The notes beneath the pieces are model-generated. The model searched no databases. It was not told the DNA's origin and saw nothing but the letters and a program-made list of their open reading frames with translations. The position numbers and the translations under genes are program-made. A stretch of DNA of 63,944 nucleotides, filler included, from Folioceros fuciformis (taxonomy: Eukaryota), in the NCBI GenBank assembly GCA_049999805.1. It is 11 parts of 11 records of this genome, joined end to end, with 100 filler letters (N's around TTAATTAATTAA, not from the genome) between each part and the next. Parts side by side here need not be neighbours in the genome. Positions count along the whole stretch, not along the records: positions 1 to 12,144 come from JBNGIO010003450.1; 10 more parts are not named here. One strand, written 5' to 3'. Positions 1 through 11,527 of this stretch are shown here, piece by piece (the stretch's first letter is position 1; the number at the start of each line of letters is the position of its first letter).

Positions 1-14
1 GATCGGGAGCGGAT

Positions 15-710
15 TCAGGAGAGGAAAGCCCTGCGGAGGCTCTTGACGGCCTTGAGAGGAAGGCCCAGGGTCTGCGAGACGGTGGCGTCGTCGATGTGCA
101 GTGGAGTGGAGGTCAGGATGGCGTCCATCGCGAGCTGCACGCCGGGGTTCTGGCCATTGAGGACGGCGAGGGCGGAGGCAGGGCCGGCGCCGACATTCTG
201 TTGGAAGTGGAGTAGGCCTCGGGGGAAGAGGAAGAGGTCGCCGGGCTTGAGCAGCGCCTGGTACAGCACGTTGGCGTCGGAGACGAAGCCGACCTTGACG
301 CTGCCCTGCAGGAGGTACAAGAGCTCGGAGGCCCGGGCGTGTGTGTGCGGCGGGGTCTGCCCGCCCTGCTCCCAGCTCAGCAGCGCCGCCGCCAGTCCCT
401 GCAGGTTCAGGGCAGGGAACTGCTGCACGAAGGCGGGGGTAAGGCCCAGCTTGGCCCGCGCCAGGCTGGGCCTCAGCCCCGGCGCGCTCGGCTTCAGGCT
501 GTGTCGGAAGTCCTCTCCCGTCACCTCCGACTCCGGCTTGCAGGCGTACGCGTTGGATCGGGTCCGCGAGCTCAGGTCCGCCACGCAGAAATCCACCATG
601 GCGCCCTCGTCGTGCGCTCCTGCCAGGGCTAGTATCCCTGCCAAGGAGGAGAAGAAGACGAGCACCTGCGTGCGCGTTGATGGATACGGGTGCAGGCCGA
701 GGGACGCCAT
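15..710 (-). CDS. Germin-like protein (cupin_1, ABP19/GLP type), intronless, secreted
   Basis: Hydrophobic leader (VLVFFSSLAGILALAGA), DFCVAD motif, germin box 1 PPHTHARASELL and box 2 GDLFLFPRGLLHFQQN. Start assumed at ATG 710; an in-frame ATG exists at 773. Confidence 0.9.
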   Translation of the reverse strand: MASLGLHPYPSTRTQVLVFFSSLAGILALAGAHDEGAMVDFCVADLSSRTRSNAYACKPESEVTGEDFRHSLKPSAPGLRPSLARAKLGLTPAFVQQFPALNLQGLAAALLSWEQGGQTPPHTHARASELLYLLQGSVKVGFVSDANVLYQALLKPGDLFLFPRGLLHFQQNVGAGPASALAVLNGQNPGVQLAMDAILTSTPLHIDDATVSQTLGLPLKAVKSLRRAFLS

Positions 711-1112
711 CGCTGGGTACCAGGTGAGCTGCGATTGCAGATAGCCGCAGGAATGAGCTCCGAGTTCATGCATGCAGCAATGAGCTGCGATGTCAGACAG
801 TCAGGAACGAGCTCCGATTCCAAATACGCAGCCATTCGAGAATTCGCTCTGATCTCCTGCCGAGATCGATGGCATCTTCGCGGGGGAGCAACGTCGCCAA
901 ATGCATGCACATTTACCCANNNNNNNNNNNNNNNNNNNNNNNNNNNNNNNNNNNNNNNNNNNNNNNNNNNNNNNNNNNNNNNNNNNNNNNNNNNNNNNNN
1001 NNNNNNNNNNNNNNNNNNNAACTCGTCGTCCAGATGCTTTGGCAGACACATCCGGCCTGCAGCTTTCTGAAGCTGTTAGAATGAAGAAAAAGTAAGTACC
1101 ATTATGAAAGAG

Positions 1113-1195
1113 TCCGATCTGCCGGATTCGAACCAGCGACCTAAGGATCACTGCGATACTACAGTCCTCCGCTCTACCAACTGAGCTAAGATCGG
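1113..1195 (-). tRNA. tRNA-Tyr(GUA) with 10-nt intron (1149-1158)
   Basis: Minus strand reads CCGATCTTAGCTCAGTTGGTAGAGCGGAGGACTGTAG[TATCGCAGTG]ATCCTTAGGTCGCTGGTTCGAATCCGGCAGATCGGA. Stems pair, A and B boxes are intact, a T5 terminator lies at 1087-1091 and a TATA-like tract at about 1224-1236. Confidence 0.97.
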
Positions 1196-1767
1196 ATGGA
1201 TGATGACATGCGAAACACAAGACTATATAAATATAAGTTAAATTCGTTTTCCCCATCACATATAACCCAACTTATTTTACATAAGCGAATATATTTTGCG
1301 GAATCGACCTAAATTTTGAATAATCCAACTAATTTTGCGTCAGCCCGACGGAGACGCGAAAGTGTACGATTTTAGCCAGGTGCGAAGACGTAAAGTGATC
1401 ATGAGTAGAACCAACCCTTCAAATGCACAAAGTTCCTTACCAAATGGCCCGGTGGAGGTCATGCTAGTGAACAATTCCCATGAATTTCGTTCACACACGC
1501 TCCATGCAACATAGGGGTTAAGAGCGGATCTAGCTCATATTTTAACGGTTTCATACGGACTGAAAAGAATAATTTACACAACTCGAACAACGTCCATACG
1601 TGGCACAATTACAAATCAGTCAGTACTTCCGCACCTGTCCAGATATCTTTCCCAGCTCGAATCCCAGGGGTATACTGTACGCGTGTCGTTTGAAAGATCA
1701 CGCACACGACAAAATCGGTGCAGATAAAATGGACGAGCCCGCACCTTCCCTCGACTTCATGGGGGCT

Positions 1768-3484
1768 TCAATTCAAGCTCAGGCGGGAGATCACGCTGTC
1801 GACATCCTTATCGCCACGGCCGCTTAAGTTTACCACCACGCGCGTTCCGTCCTTCAAAGTAGGGCACAGTTTTTCCAGGTACGCCAGAGCATGAGAGGTC
1901 TCCAATGCAGGGATGATGCCTTCCAGCCTGGACGTTGTCCGAAAAGCTGCAGCAGCAGGAGAGCCCTTAAGATCATTACAAGAACAAGGAGAAACTGGAG
2001 AGGAAAGAACTGTGGGCAGAGTAGGTTACCTTCAAGAGCCTCGGCGTCAGTGATGCTGTAGTACTCAGCCCGGCCCATGTCCTTCAAGAAACTGTGCTCA
2101 GGGCCAACCCCGGGGTAGTCTAACCTGCAGCCCGAAGTGCACTTGGGTCAGAAAGCTGGAGGAGAAGGGTCATGCTCATTACCTCCAAAAAATCGAGAGG
2201 TTGAAGCCTGGAGAAAGGGACTACCCTGCACTGATGGAATGTGGCTCGGTGATCTGCCCATCGGCATCTTGCAGTAAGTAACTCATAGCTCCATGGAGCA
2301 CGCCAACTTCGCCCATGGATAACGTTGCAGCATGCTGTTGTGTATCCACACCCAGACCGGCTGCCTCTACGCCGATCAGTCTCACATCGTCGTCGTTAAC
2401 GAATTCATGGAACAGCCCAAGAGCGTTGGAGCCCCCTCCCACGCACGCAACCAGCACATCAGGCTTCCCACCCCATTTCTCCAAAGCCTGCCGCCTAGTT
2501 TCCTGGCCAATGACGGCGTGGAAGTCCCTGACCAGCATGGGGTACGGGTGAGGCCCACAAACAGACCCCAGGATGTAGTGCGTGGTCTCCACGTTGGTCA
2601 CCCAATCCCTGATTGCCTGTGACGTGGCATCCTTCAAGGTGGCTGTGCCCGAGTGCACAGGCCGGACCTCGGCTCCCAGAAGACGCATGCGGAACACGTT
2701 CAGCGCCTGCCTCTCCATGTCCCTGGCTCCCATGTAAACCACACACTCCAACCCAAAACGAGCACACACGGTTGCTGTAGCAACTCCATGCTGCCCTGCA
2801 CCCGTCTCCGCAATGATACGATTTTTGCCGATCTTCTTCGCAAGCAGAGCTTGCCCCACCGCGTTGTTGATCTTGTGCGCCCCGGTATGATTCAGATCCT
2901 CCCTTTTGAAATAGATGAGAGGGCCTCCATCCGCACGTCGGTGATACTCAGTCAGCCGCTCAGCGAAATACAAAGGCGACTCCCTGCCAACGTAATCCTT
3001 CAAAATCCCAGCCAGCTCTTTCTGAAATCCACACCAAAACCACGATCATTTGAAATGTTCATTCCCCTGCAAAAACAAGACCCCGCCAAACACCTTGCTT
3101 CTCCTACCCCATGCTCGTCGTCCAACCCACCTGAAAAGCTTCGTCCTTCGACACCTCTGCGTAAGCAAGCTCCAGCTCCGACAGAGCAGTCATGAGCGTC
3201 TCCGGCACATACTTCCCGCCAAACTTGCCAAACCGGCCAGCAGCATCCGGCCGCTGGTAGTCACGGAACAAGCGCTTCTGCTCCTCGTCCACCGGTTTGT
3301 CAAGGGCCACACCGCACCGGACTCCCACAACTCCAGCCCGGCTCTTGCTTCCTCTGCTGATAACGGGAATGCCGATGGAATTTACCCCAGAACTGTAGTT
3401 CCTGGCCGAGAGCGCCTGCTCGTCGGAAACGGCAATGCGGCACGCAAAGCCGCCAGACACCGCCGCAGCTGCAGCCGCCACCAT
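1768..3484 (-). CDS. TSB: Tryptophan synthase beta chain, plastid-targeted. 4 exons: 3484-3131, 3021-2225, 2124-2030, 1946-1768
   Basis: [16 protein letters not shown] lysine motif [54 protein letters not shown] and [13 protein letters not shown] introns keep the frame. Ala/Ser-rich transit peptide. Confidence 0.97.
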
Positions 3485-3925
3485 CGCAGTAGCTCGGTCG
3501 CTTCCTCAACCCCTGAAAATCAGCCTCAGTAATGGAGCACAACTTCCTCTCTCCCGGTAGGGCAGCTTCACAAATCCAGCTCAGAAGTTGATCCAGTCAA
3601 CTTCAGCAACCAGAGGCTCTCCCTCCAGCTCAAACCAGACACAACCACGCTCACCTGTCCAATCCACCTCACAGATGCAGCAATCAAATTCTATGGCAAA
3701 CCAAACCTCGCCGCAGCAGTTGCTGATCGAGAAGCAACACGCACACGTCCCCCGGCAATGCGACGAATGAGATGAGTGAAAGGCTCACCCTGCGGCGTCC
3801 GCTTGCCACGAATTCCGATTCCGCAGACAACGTCGCGACAGACCAGAACGCAACACAGACTTCACTCAAATCGCAGCGTTGATTGATAACCAGGAGCCCT
3901 TTAGTCGAAGGCGAGTCATAAAACA

Positions 3926-3934
3926 AAACCCTAA
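3926..3934 (+). promoter_or_regulatory. Telo-box (AAACCCTAA) in the divergent TSB/phosphatase intergenic promoter
   Basis: Exact AAACCCTAA within the roughly 590-bp head-to-head intergenic region. Confidence 0.45.
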
Positions 3935-4076
3935 TTCCGTACACCATTTCTACAAGGTGTTGTGGTCTGTCACACGGTCGATCTTGGGTCTAGGATTACC
4001 CCCGTTCTCCGATTCTGGGATGAGACTTCGCGGAGCTATCCCGCAGCTCAAGACTTGTGCTGCAGAGTGAGGGGCT

Positions 4077-6027
4077 ATGGCATGGAAGGCATTCAATGCA
4101 TTTCTAGCGGACCCCAAGCTGCTGGTGCTGGACTCAAGGCCTGCACGGTCGTATGCGGACCGCCACATCCGGGGCTCCATCAATGTGGAGCTGAAGGGTA
4201 GAACTTTGGAGAAGATTGCGGGACCTGATCGTCCCAGTTGGAAGCGGGACTGCTGGTGGGACAGGAATGTTTTTGTCGTACCGGCTGTTGCCTCCAAAGT
4301 GACTGAGCGTTGGAGCAAGAAGCGGAAAAGTCATGTGCTGGATGACAGGGGTACGAGTAGGTGTAGATGGACCGAGGAGGAAGTAGTACCCGAGGAAGAA
4401 GACCCGGTGGTAGCATTTTTGCGGAGGGACAAAAATGTTAGGTCTGTGAGGGTTTTGGAGAGTGATGGTGAGTTTGTGCGCTGAGTGTTGCCCGTTTGCC
4501 AAGTATCAGGTGTGCATTTTTCCTTTGATGGTAGGTACTGGTGGCACGGTCCTTGCCTTGTTTGTAATTGTTTTGGTTACCTTTGCTGCCGCAGATCATG
4601 ATGTAGACCCTTTTCGATCTTTTGCAAAGCGGTATCCTTTCTTGGTAACCAAATCAATGAAGTCTGGGAGCATTTCGGGCTATCCGGCAGAGGTACAGTT
4701 GCCCTCTCTTGGCCGAAGGTTCTGGATAAGTTTGTAGTGTTCATTGGACTCGTTGGGTCTCTACTTGTTTGACTGTTTCGTTCCCCGCCAGATTGTGCCA
4801 GGTTTACTGTACTTGGGTGATCAGGCGCATGCAATGGCGGAAAAAAAGCTGGAGGAACTAGAGATTACTCATGTGCTGACCATCCACACCGATCGGCTGA
4901 AGATAGGGAAGCAGTTTTTGCAGCTATACTGTAACTTGGCTGGTAAGCAGGATTCGATTATGTAACATAGGTAGGGTGGGTGCAGGAGAGATGTTTTGGA
5001 TGTGATCAATTTTACTGTCTATCAGATGACCCCAAGGCGGATATTGCACAGTTCTTTGACCAAGCATTTGACTTTGTTGAGAAGGCGAAAGAGAAGGGTG
5101 AGCGCGTGTTGATACACTGTGGGGCGGGAGCAAGCCGTTCGGCCACCTTAGTCGCCGCTTACTTGATGAGAGTGAGGAATTGGAGACTTGACCGTACACT
5201 TGAGTAGGTTTCGATGTTGTTGCTTTTGCATGATCTCGAGATCTGACTCGGATGATCTTGGAACCGGCCAAATACACTTAAGGATCATCAATTCCTTCCT
5301 CAGGTACTTGCGGGAGCAGAGAAGACAGGTCCTACCCAATCCAGGATTTGTAGATGCTTTGGAGAGATATGAAAAAGAACTTGGTGGTCGGAAAGCGTTG
5401 ACGCTCTCAGAAAATCCTGCTGACTCGGACAGATACAGTGAATCACCGTCCGCCAGCCGAGGGCTGCACCTTGAGATCGTGAAGGTAGGAGTGTTGTTAC
5501 GCTATGGGACCTTCATTGTGTAGAGGTGTAGTGCCTGCAGAACCTATGGGTACAGTGACTCTGAGCCACTACAGGTATTGCAAACTGCATGCACGGGTTT
5601 GACTTTTTTCTAATCTGTTATGTATTTATCTGCTGTGAAAGAATGGGGAGGTCTGTGGGACTGTTCTGCTATCAGACAAGAATATGTTCTTGATTGGCCG
5701 TGCCAAAACATGCCACATTGTCTTAGATCATGCGTCTATATCTCGTCAGGTTGGTGTTATATCTTGTGCTTTTGTTGCGTTCTTCTTACTTGCATCCAGT
5801 CGAATTGCTAAATTTGTCATGACTAACTTACTGTCTCTGTTCTTTGCGACCAGCATGCGAAGATTGAGATAGTGGAAGGTCAGACGGTAATGCTGACGGA
5901 CTTGGATTCTGTCCACGGAGTTTTCGTGGATGGGAAGCAGCTTGCAAAGGGTACCACTGTTGAGTTAAGCTTGGGGCACATAATACAGTTCGGTGCCAGC
6001 ACGCGGAGTTATGTGGTGAGGGGCTAG
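4077..6027 (+). CDS. Dual-specificity phosphatase with N-terminal rhodanese domain and C-terminal FHA domain. 7 exons, approx. 4077-4467, 4595-4692, 4792-4942, 5027-5204, 5304-5484, 5642-5749, 5854-6027
   Basis: Rhodanese LVLDSRPARSYADRHIRGSINV. DSP motifs IVPGLLYLGD, VLIHCGAGASRSATLVAAYLM and PNPGF. FHA motifs FLIGR, HASISRQHA, DLDSVHG and FGASTRSY. GT-AG introns keep the frame to TAG 6025-6027. Confidence 0.9.
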
Positions 6028-7002
6028 CCCATTTCCAGGAATCTAAGAGTGAGGCCTCCAGCATGGACGGTCTTGGTGCACTATGGAGGTACAGGAACTT
6101 GTATTCTATTCCAATTAGGTAGGGAAACTCATTGTTGTGGGTGGCTTCGGTGCCTCGTTTCGAACAGATGCCAAACGTTGCTAGATCTGAATCCTTTAGT
6201 CACTTCTCATCTGTTGCGCGTCTTCCAGTTTGTAAGAACCGATCGAGTGATCCAGTTTGTGAGACAGGATCTCATTGGCCCGTCATCACAGAGTGTGTAT
6301 AGAATTGCCGCCAACTCACGTCCCACCACTGTGATGGCAGTCATTGATTATGGAAGCTCATAGTCAGCAGCACGAGGTGGACACTGACAACTGTTTGTAC
6401 CAAGGAGGCCACAACACCCTGCAGGTTGGGTGTGAAAAGACAGGGTCTGTAGGCGGTATGACCTCGAACAACAGCATGCATCCAAAACTGCCTTTCGTAT
6501 TGCTGAAGTATTCATCTTTGTCCACGTGCTCTGCCGAGAGTTTTACTGGGTGGATGCCGCAATCCGGTTTGTCGGAAAGTAAGGGACATTGGGGAAAGTG
6601 GAATGGGTTCATGACTTTGTGACCTCAGGAGAGGAGACTTGGTGCAACATAGAGCTTTTGCGTGTGTCCTATATGTGCAACCCAAGCTGTGGGCCGCCTT
6701 CTTGCTTGGATATCATCCCAAAATTCCTCAGACGGCAGTTGCTATGCAGGGGAGCCTTACCCTGCAAAGTCTGAATAACTTGAGGATATGCTTTAAATCA
6801 ACATCTTCAAAGGATATGCTGCCCCTTGCTGTCAAGGGATGTGACAAGTGTTTTGCCGGCAGCGTCTCCAGAATATGTGCAGCATAATCAGAGATACTGG
6901 TCTTACGAAGATAAGAAAACCTGTCGCTCCCTTCTTATCTAGGTGCTCTCCTTAGGTCTTGGTGGTCAGAATGTCCTACGGTTCCACTGCAGCCCCATCT
7001 CA

Positions 7003-8984
7003 ATGGCTGACAGACACAGTTTCAAGAATCGAAGCCCTTCATTGTCAAATGAATATGACACAGTGGATCTGCTTTTCAGGGGCTGCACTTCCAGCTCTCG
7101 TCTGCAAACGTCCCGACTGGAGGACAACTATGATCCGACATTCCCCGACCACCCTGTGACGAGTGGGTATCTGTGCACGTGGGCCAATTTCATCGCCTTC
7201 GCAGACAAGCCCGCCTTCAAATGGGTGGACGCCAACTGCAGGGAGACGGATTCCATCACTTACAGAGAGCTGAACTCCGCCGCCTTCGCCATCGCATCAC
7301 ACCTGCTGCACCGAACTCCTGCACCCTTCCTCAAAGGAGATCGAGTTCTGGTGGTGTACCCGTCGGGCCTGGACTTCATCAAGGTACGTCCAGAGGCTGA
7401 AAATGCGTTCTTCTCTGAAAGCTATGGCTGTTTCCCGAGCTAGGAATTAACCCATATTGTGCGCAGATCCTGTTCGCCTGCGAACGGGCTGGCCTCATTA
7501 TAATCCCGGTCTCGCCACCGAATCCTGGTACATGCGGCCACAGGGACTTGGAGCGGTTGGCGGACGTTTGCAAGGAAGCTTCCCCGCGGGCAGTTCTCGC
7601 CCCCGCGGAATATGCAGCGTCCATCAGGCGTAGGGCGGGGCAGCTGGGTGCAGATGCGGCTACAGCTGCATCCGTCTTGGAAGCGCTGGAGTGGGTGGAC
7701 GCTGTACGGGAATCGGCATCCTCCCATCCTTTTCCCCTCCCACCAGCCTCCTCCTCCTCTTGTTCCTCGGACGACATCTTCCTGCTCCAGTACACCTCCG
7801 GGACAACCGGCAGGCCGAAGCCGACACTGATCTCCGCGGGGTCCGCGGCGCACAACGCAAGGGCAGCACGGCGGGCCTACGACCTGGGCCCCGCCACCGT
7901 CATCGCGTCATGGCTACCGCAGTTTCACGACTGCGGCCTCATGTTCACATTGCTGACGGTGGCGTCCGGGGCGACGGCCGTGCTGTCTTCCCCAACGGAC
8001 TTCGCAGCCCGCCCCCGCCTGTGGCTGGAGATGATCTCCACCTTCAAGGCCTCCTGCACCGTGGTTCCGGGCTTCGCTCTCCCGCTCTGTCTCCAACGGC
8101 GTGAGCAGGAAAACGGCACCGCACTCTCCCTGGCCTCCCTCCGCCACCTCATCCTCATCAACGAGCCCCTCTTCGCACAGGACGTGGCTGCCTTCCTCCG
8201 CGCCTTCGCCCCTTTGGGCCTCACCACCTCCTCCATCGCCCCGTCGTACGGCCTGGCGGAAAACTGCACCTTCGTGAGCACAGCCTGGCCGATACCTTCC
8301 TGCCCTGCATTCCAGGGCCTCCTCCCAGTGGCCAGAATTCCCTCCTTCCCGGACATGGACATCCGAGTGGTGAATCCGGCCACGGAACGGGAATCAGCAC
8401 CAGGCAGCGAAGGCGAGATCTGGGTAAGCTCGCCGAGCAACGCATCCGGTTACCTCTCCGACCCGGACCTCTCTCGCCGCGCCTTCCACGCCAGGCTCAG
8501 ATTCAGCTCCTCGCCCCAGCCCGCCTCCTTCCTCCGCACCGGGGACCTAGGCAGGATCGTAGGCGGCTTCCTCTACATCACCGGGCGCCTACAGGACATC
8601 ATGCTGGTGGAAGGGAGAACTCAGCATCCGCACGTCCTGGAGAGGAGCGTGTTCCAGAGTAGCCCCGGCTTCCGCTCAGGCTGTTGCGTCGCCTTCACCG
8701 TGTCGGCCAGCCTGGTGCTTGTGGCCGAGCTGGTGCACCAGCAGCAGTCCATCTCACAATGCTTGCCTGCCATGGCCCGCCTGGCTCACCACACTCTCAG
8801 CAAGAACCACGGCATCCACCACTGCACCATCGCGCTCGTGGCAGCCCGCTCCATCCCTAAAACAACTTCCGGGAAACTTCGCCGCTCGCTCACTCGTCAC
8901 CTCTACCTCAACCATCACCTTCCCCTTCTTCACCGCATGTCCTTCTACGACACTTTGTCGAGCCCCGGAGCCTGCAGGTTGTGA
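7003..8984 (+). CDS. Fatty acyl-AMP ligase (FAAL/FadD-like) adenylate-forming enzyme. 2 exons: 7003-7383, 7467-8984
   Basis: LQYTSGTTGRPK P-loop, SWLPQFHDCGL, PSYGLAE, GEIWVSSPSNASGY, LRTGDLG and IPKTTSGK. The GT-AG intron joins LDFIK to ILFACERAG in frame. Confidence 0.88.
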
Positions 8985-9189
8985 AGTCCACACGATTGGT
9001 CTGGTCACACACACGAAGTGCCACACGCAAATCTGGTCACCATCGAATTCGAATCACATTTAATTCATCGTTGTGTGAGCGTTTAGTGAAGGTATATACT
9101 CTATTAGACTTTGTAAATAATTTATAGTATTATTTTAATAGTCCTTTTTCCCTCTCCGAGTCTTTTTCTGTTTGACGTACACGGCATCT

Positions 9190-9930
9190 CCTTCCATAAG
9201 GAATATCAATATGGACAGAGTTCATTTTAGGGTGGCGGTGAAAGAAATTTTAGGGCAGGGGTATACGGTGCTGAAAGAAATTTTAGGGCGGCGATATACG
9301 GTGCAAATAGTTTGGACATGACGATTGTGCCCCATTCACGTGGGGTTGGACATGACGATTGTGCTCGCTTCACGTGAGGGATAAAATAAAGTCGGTGTGG
9401 AGGAGACGGACCTGAACATGAGGGATAAAATAGAGTAGGTGTCTCGACGACCGGGACACTTACTTTGTGCCCTCCGTCTCCTCCACACCTACTTTGTTTA
9501 GGGTGGCGTGCACTGAGAACCAAGTGTGAGTGCTTGGGGGGGTGTGGGGCAGGGAGCCGGTGAGCGGGTGACTTTGCTACAAGCTAAGGAAGTAGGCGCG
9601 TGGGCCTAATTGGTGCAGGCCAAGTGAGCAAGGGAGCGGGCTTGTTTGGTGCAGGCCAAGTGAGGAGGGGAGCGGGCACCTAAGGTCCAGAAATAAGGAG
9701 AAGGCAGCAACGGCGATGCGAAGGGGACTGCGAAACTCTGAAGTAGAGAATGGCAGAGATTGCAGTGGGAGGGGCAGGGGGCAACGTAGAGCATGTCAGC
9801 GTCGCTATAGGTGTTAAACCCGAGGCAATGGGCGATGCTGACCATGTTGACATCCTCCCCATTGTGCTGTATGAGGGGAATGGCGGCGCACCTGCACAGC
9901 TGGCTATAGACCTGACTGCGGGATAAAAGC
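9190..9930 (+). mobile_element. Probable truncated DNA-transposon end (MULE-like) with internal direct repeats and a 58-codon ORF at 9750-9926
   Basis: Repeated motifs gaaagaaattttagggc x2, ttggacatgacgattgtgc x2 and tgagggataaaata x2, followed by a GC-rich leader and an abrupt switch to AT-rich DNA at about 9950. No matching opposite end was found. Confidence 0.35.
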
Positions 9931-10334
9931 ACTCTCTACGGAGGTACAATAGAGGAATATTCCTTAGATGCCATGGAATATTTACATATAAAATAAATAG
10001 TCCAATTAGGTAGAGTAGAGAAATATTCCTTAGATTCCATAGAAGATTTGTGTATAAAATACGTATTCCAACTAAAAAACATGAATATGTAGTCCTTGTT
10101 CGCATCGGTATTCCATACTTCCATCTTTTCTACATAAATTATTTTTAATAGTGAGAATCTTAATGAATATCACATTAAACAAGAATCTCAATACCCAAAA
10201 ATAACTTATTCTTGTATACCATATTTTGATGTGACCAATAAATAAAATAATTATAAAAACAATTAAAATATTATTATGCCACTTTGTAAATCTTATAACC
10301 ATAATTTACCATAGCACCATCTAATTGTTTCACC

Positions 10335-10748
10335 ATGAACTCTTGTAGCTTAGTTTGTATTTCAATACTTCTAATTCTTCCTGTCATAAATTCTCAATTT
10401 TTTGATATTATTTGTAATCCAGTGAAATTCAATCCCATAGATCCAGGCATAATTTACTTAAAAATTCATGTAGATAAGATGTTAAATGATTTCATTAAGA
10501 AGCTTGAAGGATTTCAAGATGATTACCCGGATCCTGAAAAGTTGATGTCATTCATTAATTTGCCTGATTTTCAAGGAAGCATTAAATGTAGCTATAATTT
10601 ATTGGCATGTTTTTGGTGTGCAAATATTGTGGGTAATTTGATGTTGGAAGATTCATGCAAGAATCATATTGGAGGACATTGTGCTCATACTTCATGTGTA
10701 TTTGAATATGTGTACATTCATCAACAAGATATGTGTCCAGCACCATAG
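10335..10748 (+). CDS. Secreted single-domain Gnk2/DUF26 (ginkbilobin-2-like) cysteine-rich protein
   Basis: Signal peptide, then IICNPVKF...MLNDF...GSIKCSYNLLACFWC...CKNHIGG...CVFEY. This parallels recalled Gnk2 motifs (ACNTQK, MLADL, GRATC, CTAC, CNNAIGA, CFIQY). Confidence 0.72.
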   Translation: MNSCSLVCISILLILPVINSQFFDIICNPVKFNPIDPGIIYLKIHVDKMLNDFIKKLEGFQDDYPDPEKLMSFINLPDFQGSIKCSYNLLACFWCANIVGNLMLEDSCKNHIGGHCAHTSCVFEYVYIHQQDMCPAP

Positions 10749-11527
10749 GAAATTGAATTCTAATTTATCTGTTACAGGTTATTATTCATATTTATCTGAA
10801 ATTTTAAATAAAATTATGAAATTTGATATGTTATGTGAAAGATACAAAGGTTTCTCTTGTGTAAGAGCATGCAGGTTTAAATGAAGTCACTAAGATCATG
10901 GAGATTGAATATTTGGGTAAGAAGTATGAAAGAATGAAAATTTTCACTCATGGAGTCATCATGGAGAAACAAGGGTAAATTTAGTTAAAATAATTAATTT
11001 AGATATATATTAAGATATGCAACATATCTGGACTAGAACTAGTTAATCCTAGATCGGTCACTTAGAGAGTTTTCCGTGGATTACTACCTATTCGTTCTCT
11101 ATTATGTAAATATATTTTTAATAAGTATATTTGCAACACTCTTAAGTTCGCATTAGACATAGAAGCATGTGATTGAGGTTAGAAATGCCTTGCTATTTTC
11201 TTCAAATGTTAGGTACATATGGTCTTGGGTCAAGTTAAGCCAAGAATTTGTTAAAGGGATCTTTGGTGGGATGCCCCCTTCATACTCTTGCTATTTTTCA
11301 ATTTGTGTGATGTATATTCTGAAAAAAGAGAAGGAGAATTACATCTACTTCATATATGAGGAGGAACAATCCAAGGAGAGACAAAGGTGAAAAGAGGATT
11401 AGCTCCTTGGATTATCATTCCTAAAACTGTATACGACTCCTAAAATATCAAGATGTGAAATAACAAAAAGCCTACCTGCAACTAGTGTCGAAAAAGTTGC
11501 TTAACTTGCACTTATAGATGTTCTAAA

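Noticed and set aside
4632..4641. GTATCCTTT U12-type donor motif
   Set aside because: It lies within a coding exon (RYPFL) whose frame needs no intron there.
15..10748. Germin, TSB, FAAL and Gnk2 as a biosynthetic or defence gene cluster
   Set aside because: No pathway logic links them, TSB looks like the housekeeping copy, and the proximity fits a compact genome. Co-expression data would be needed.
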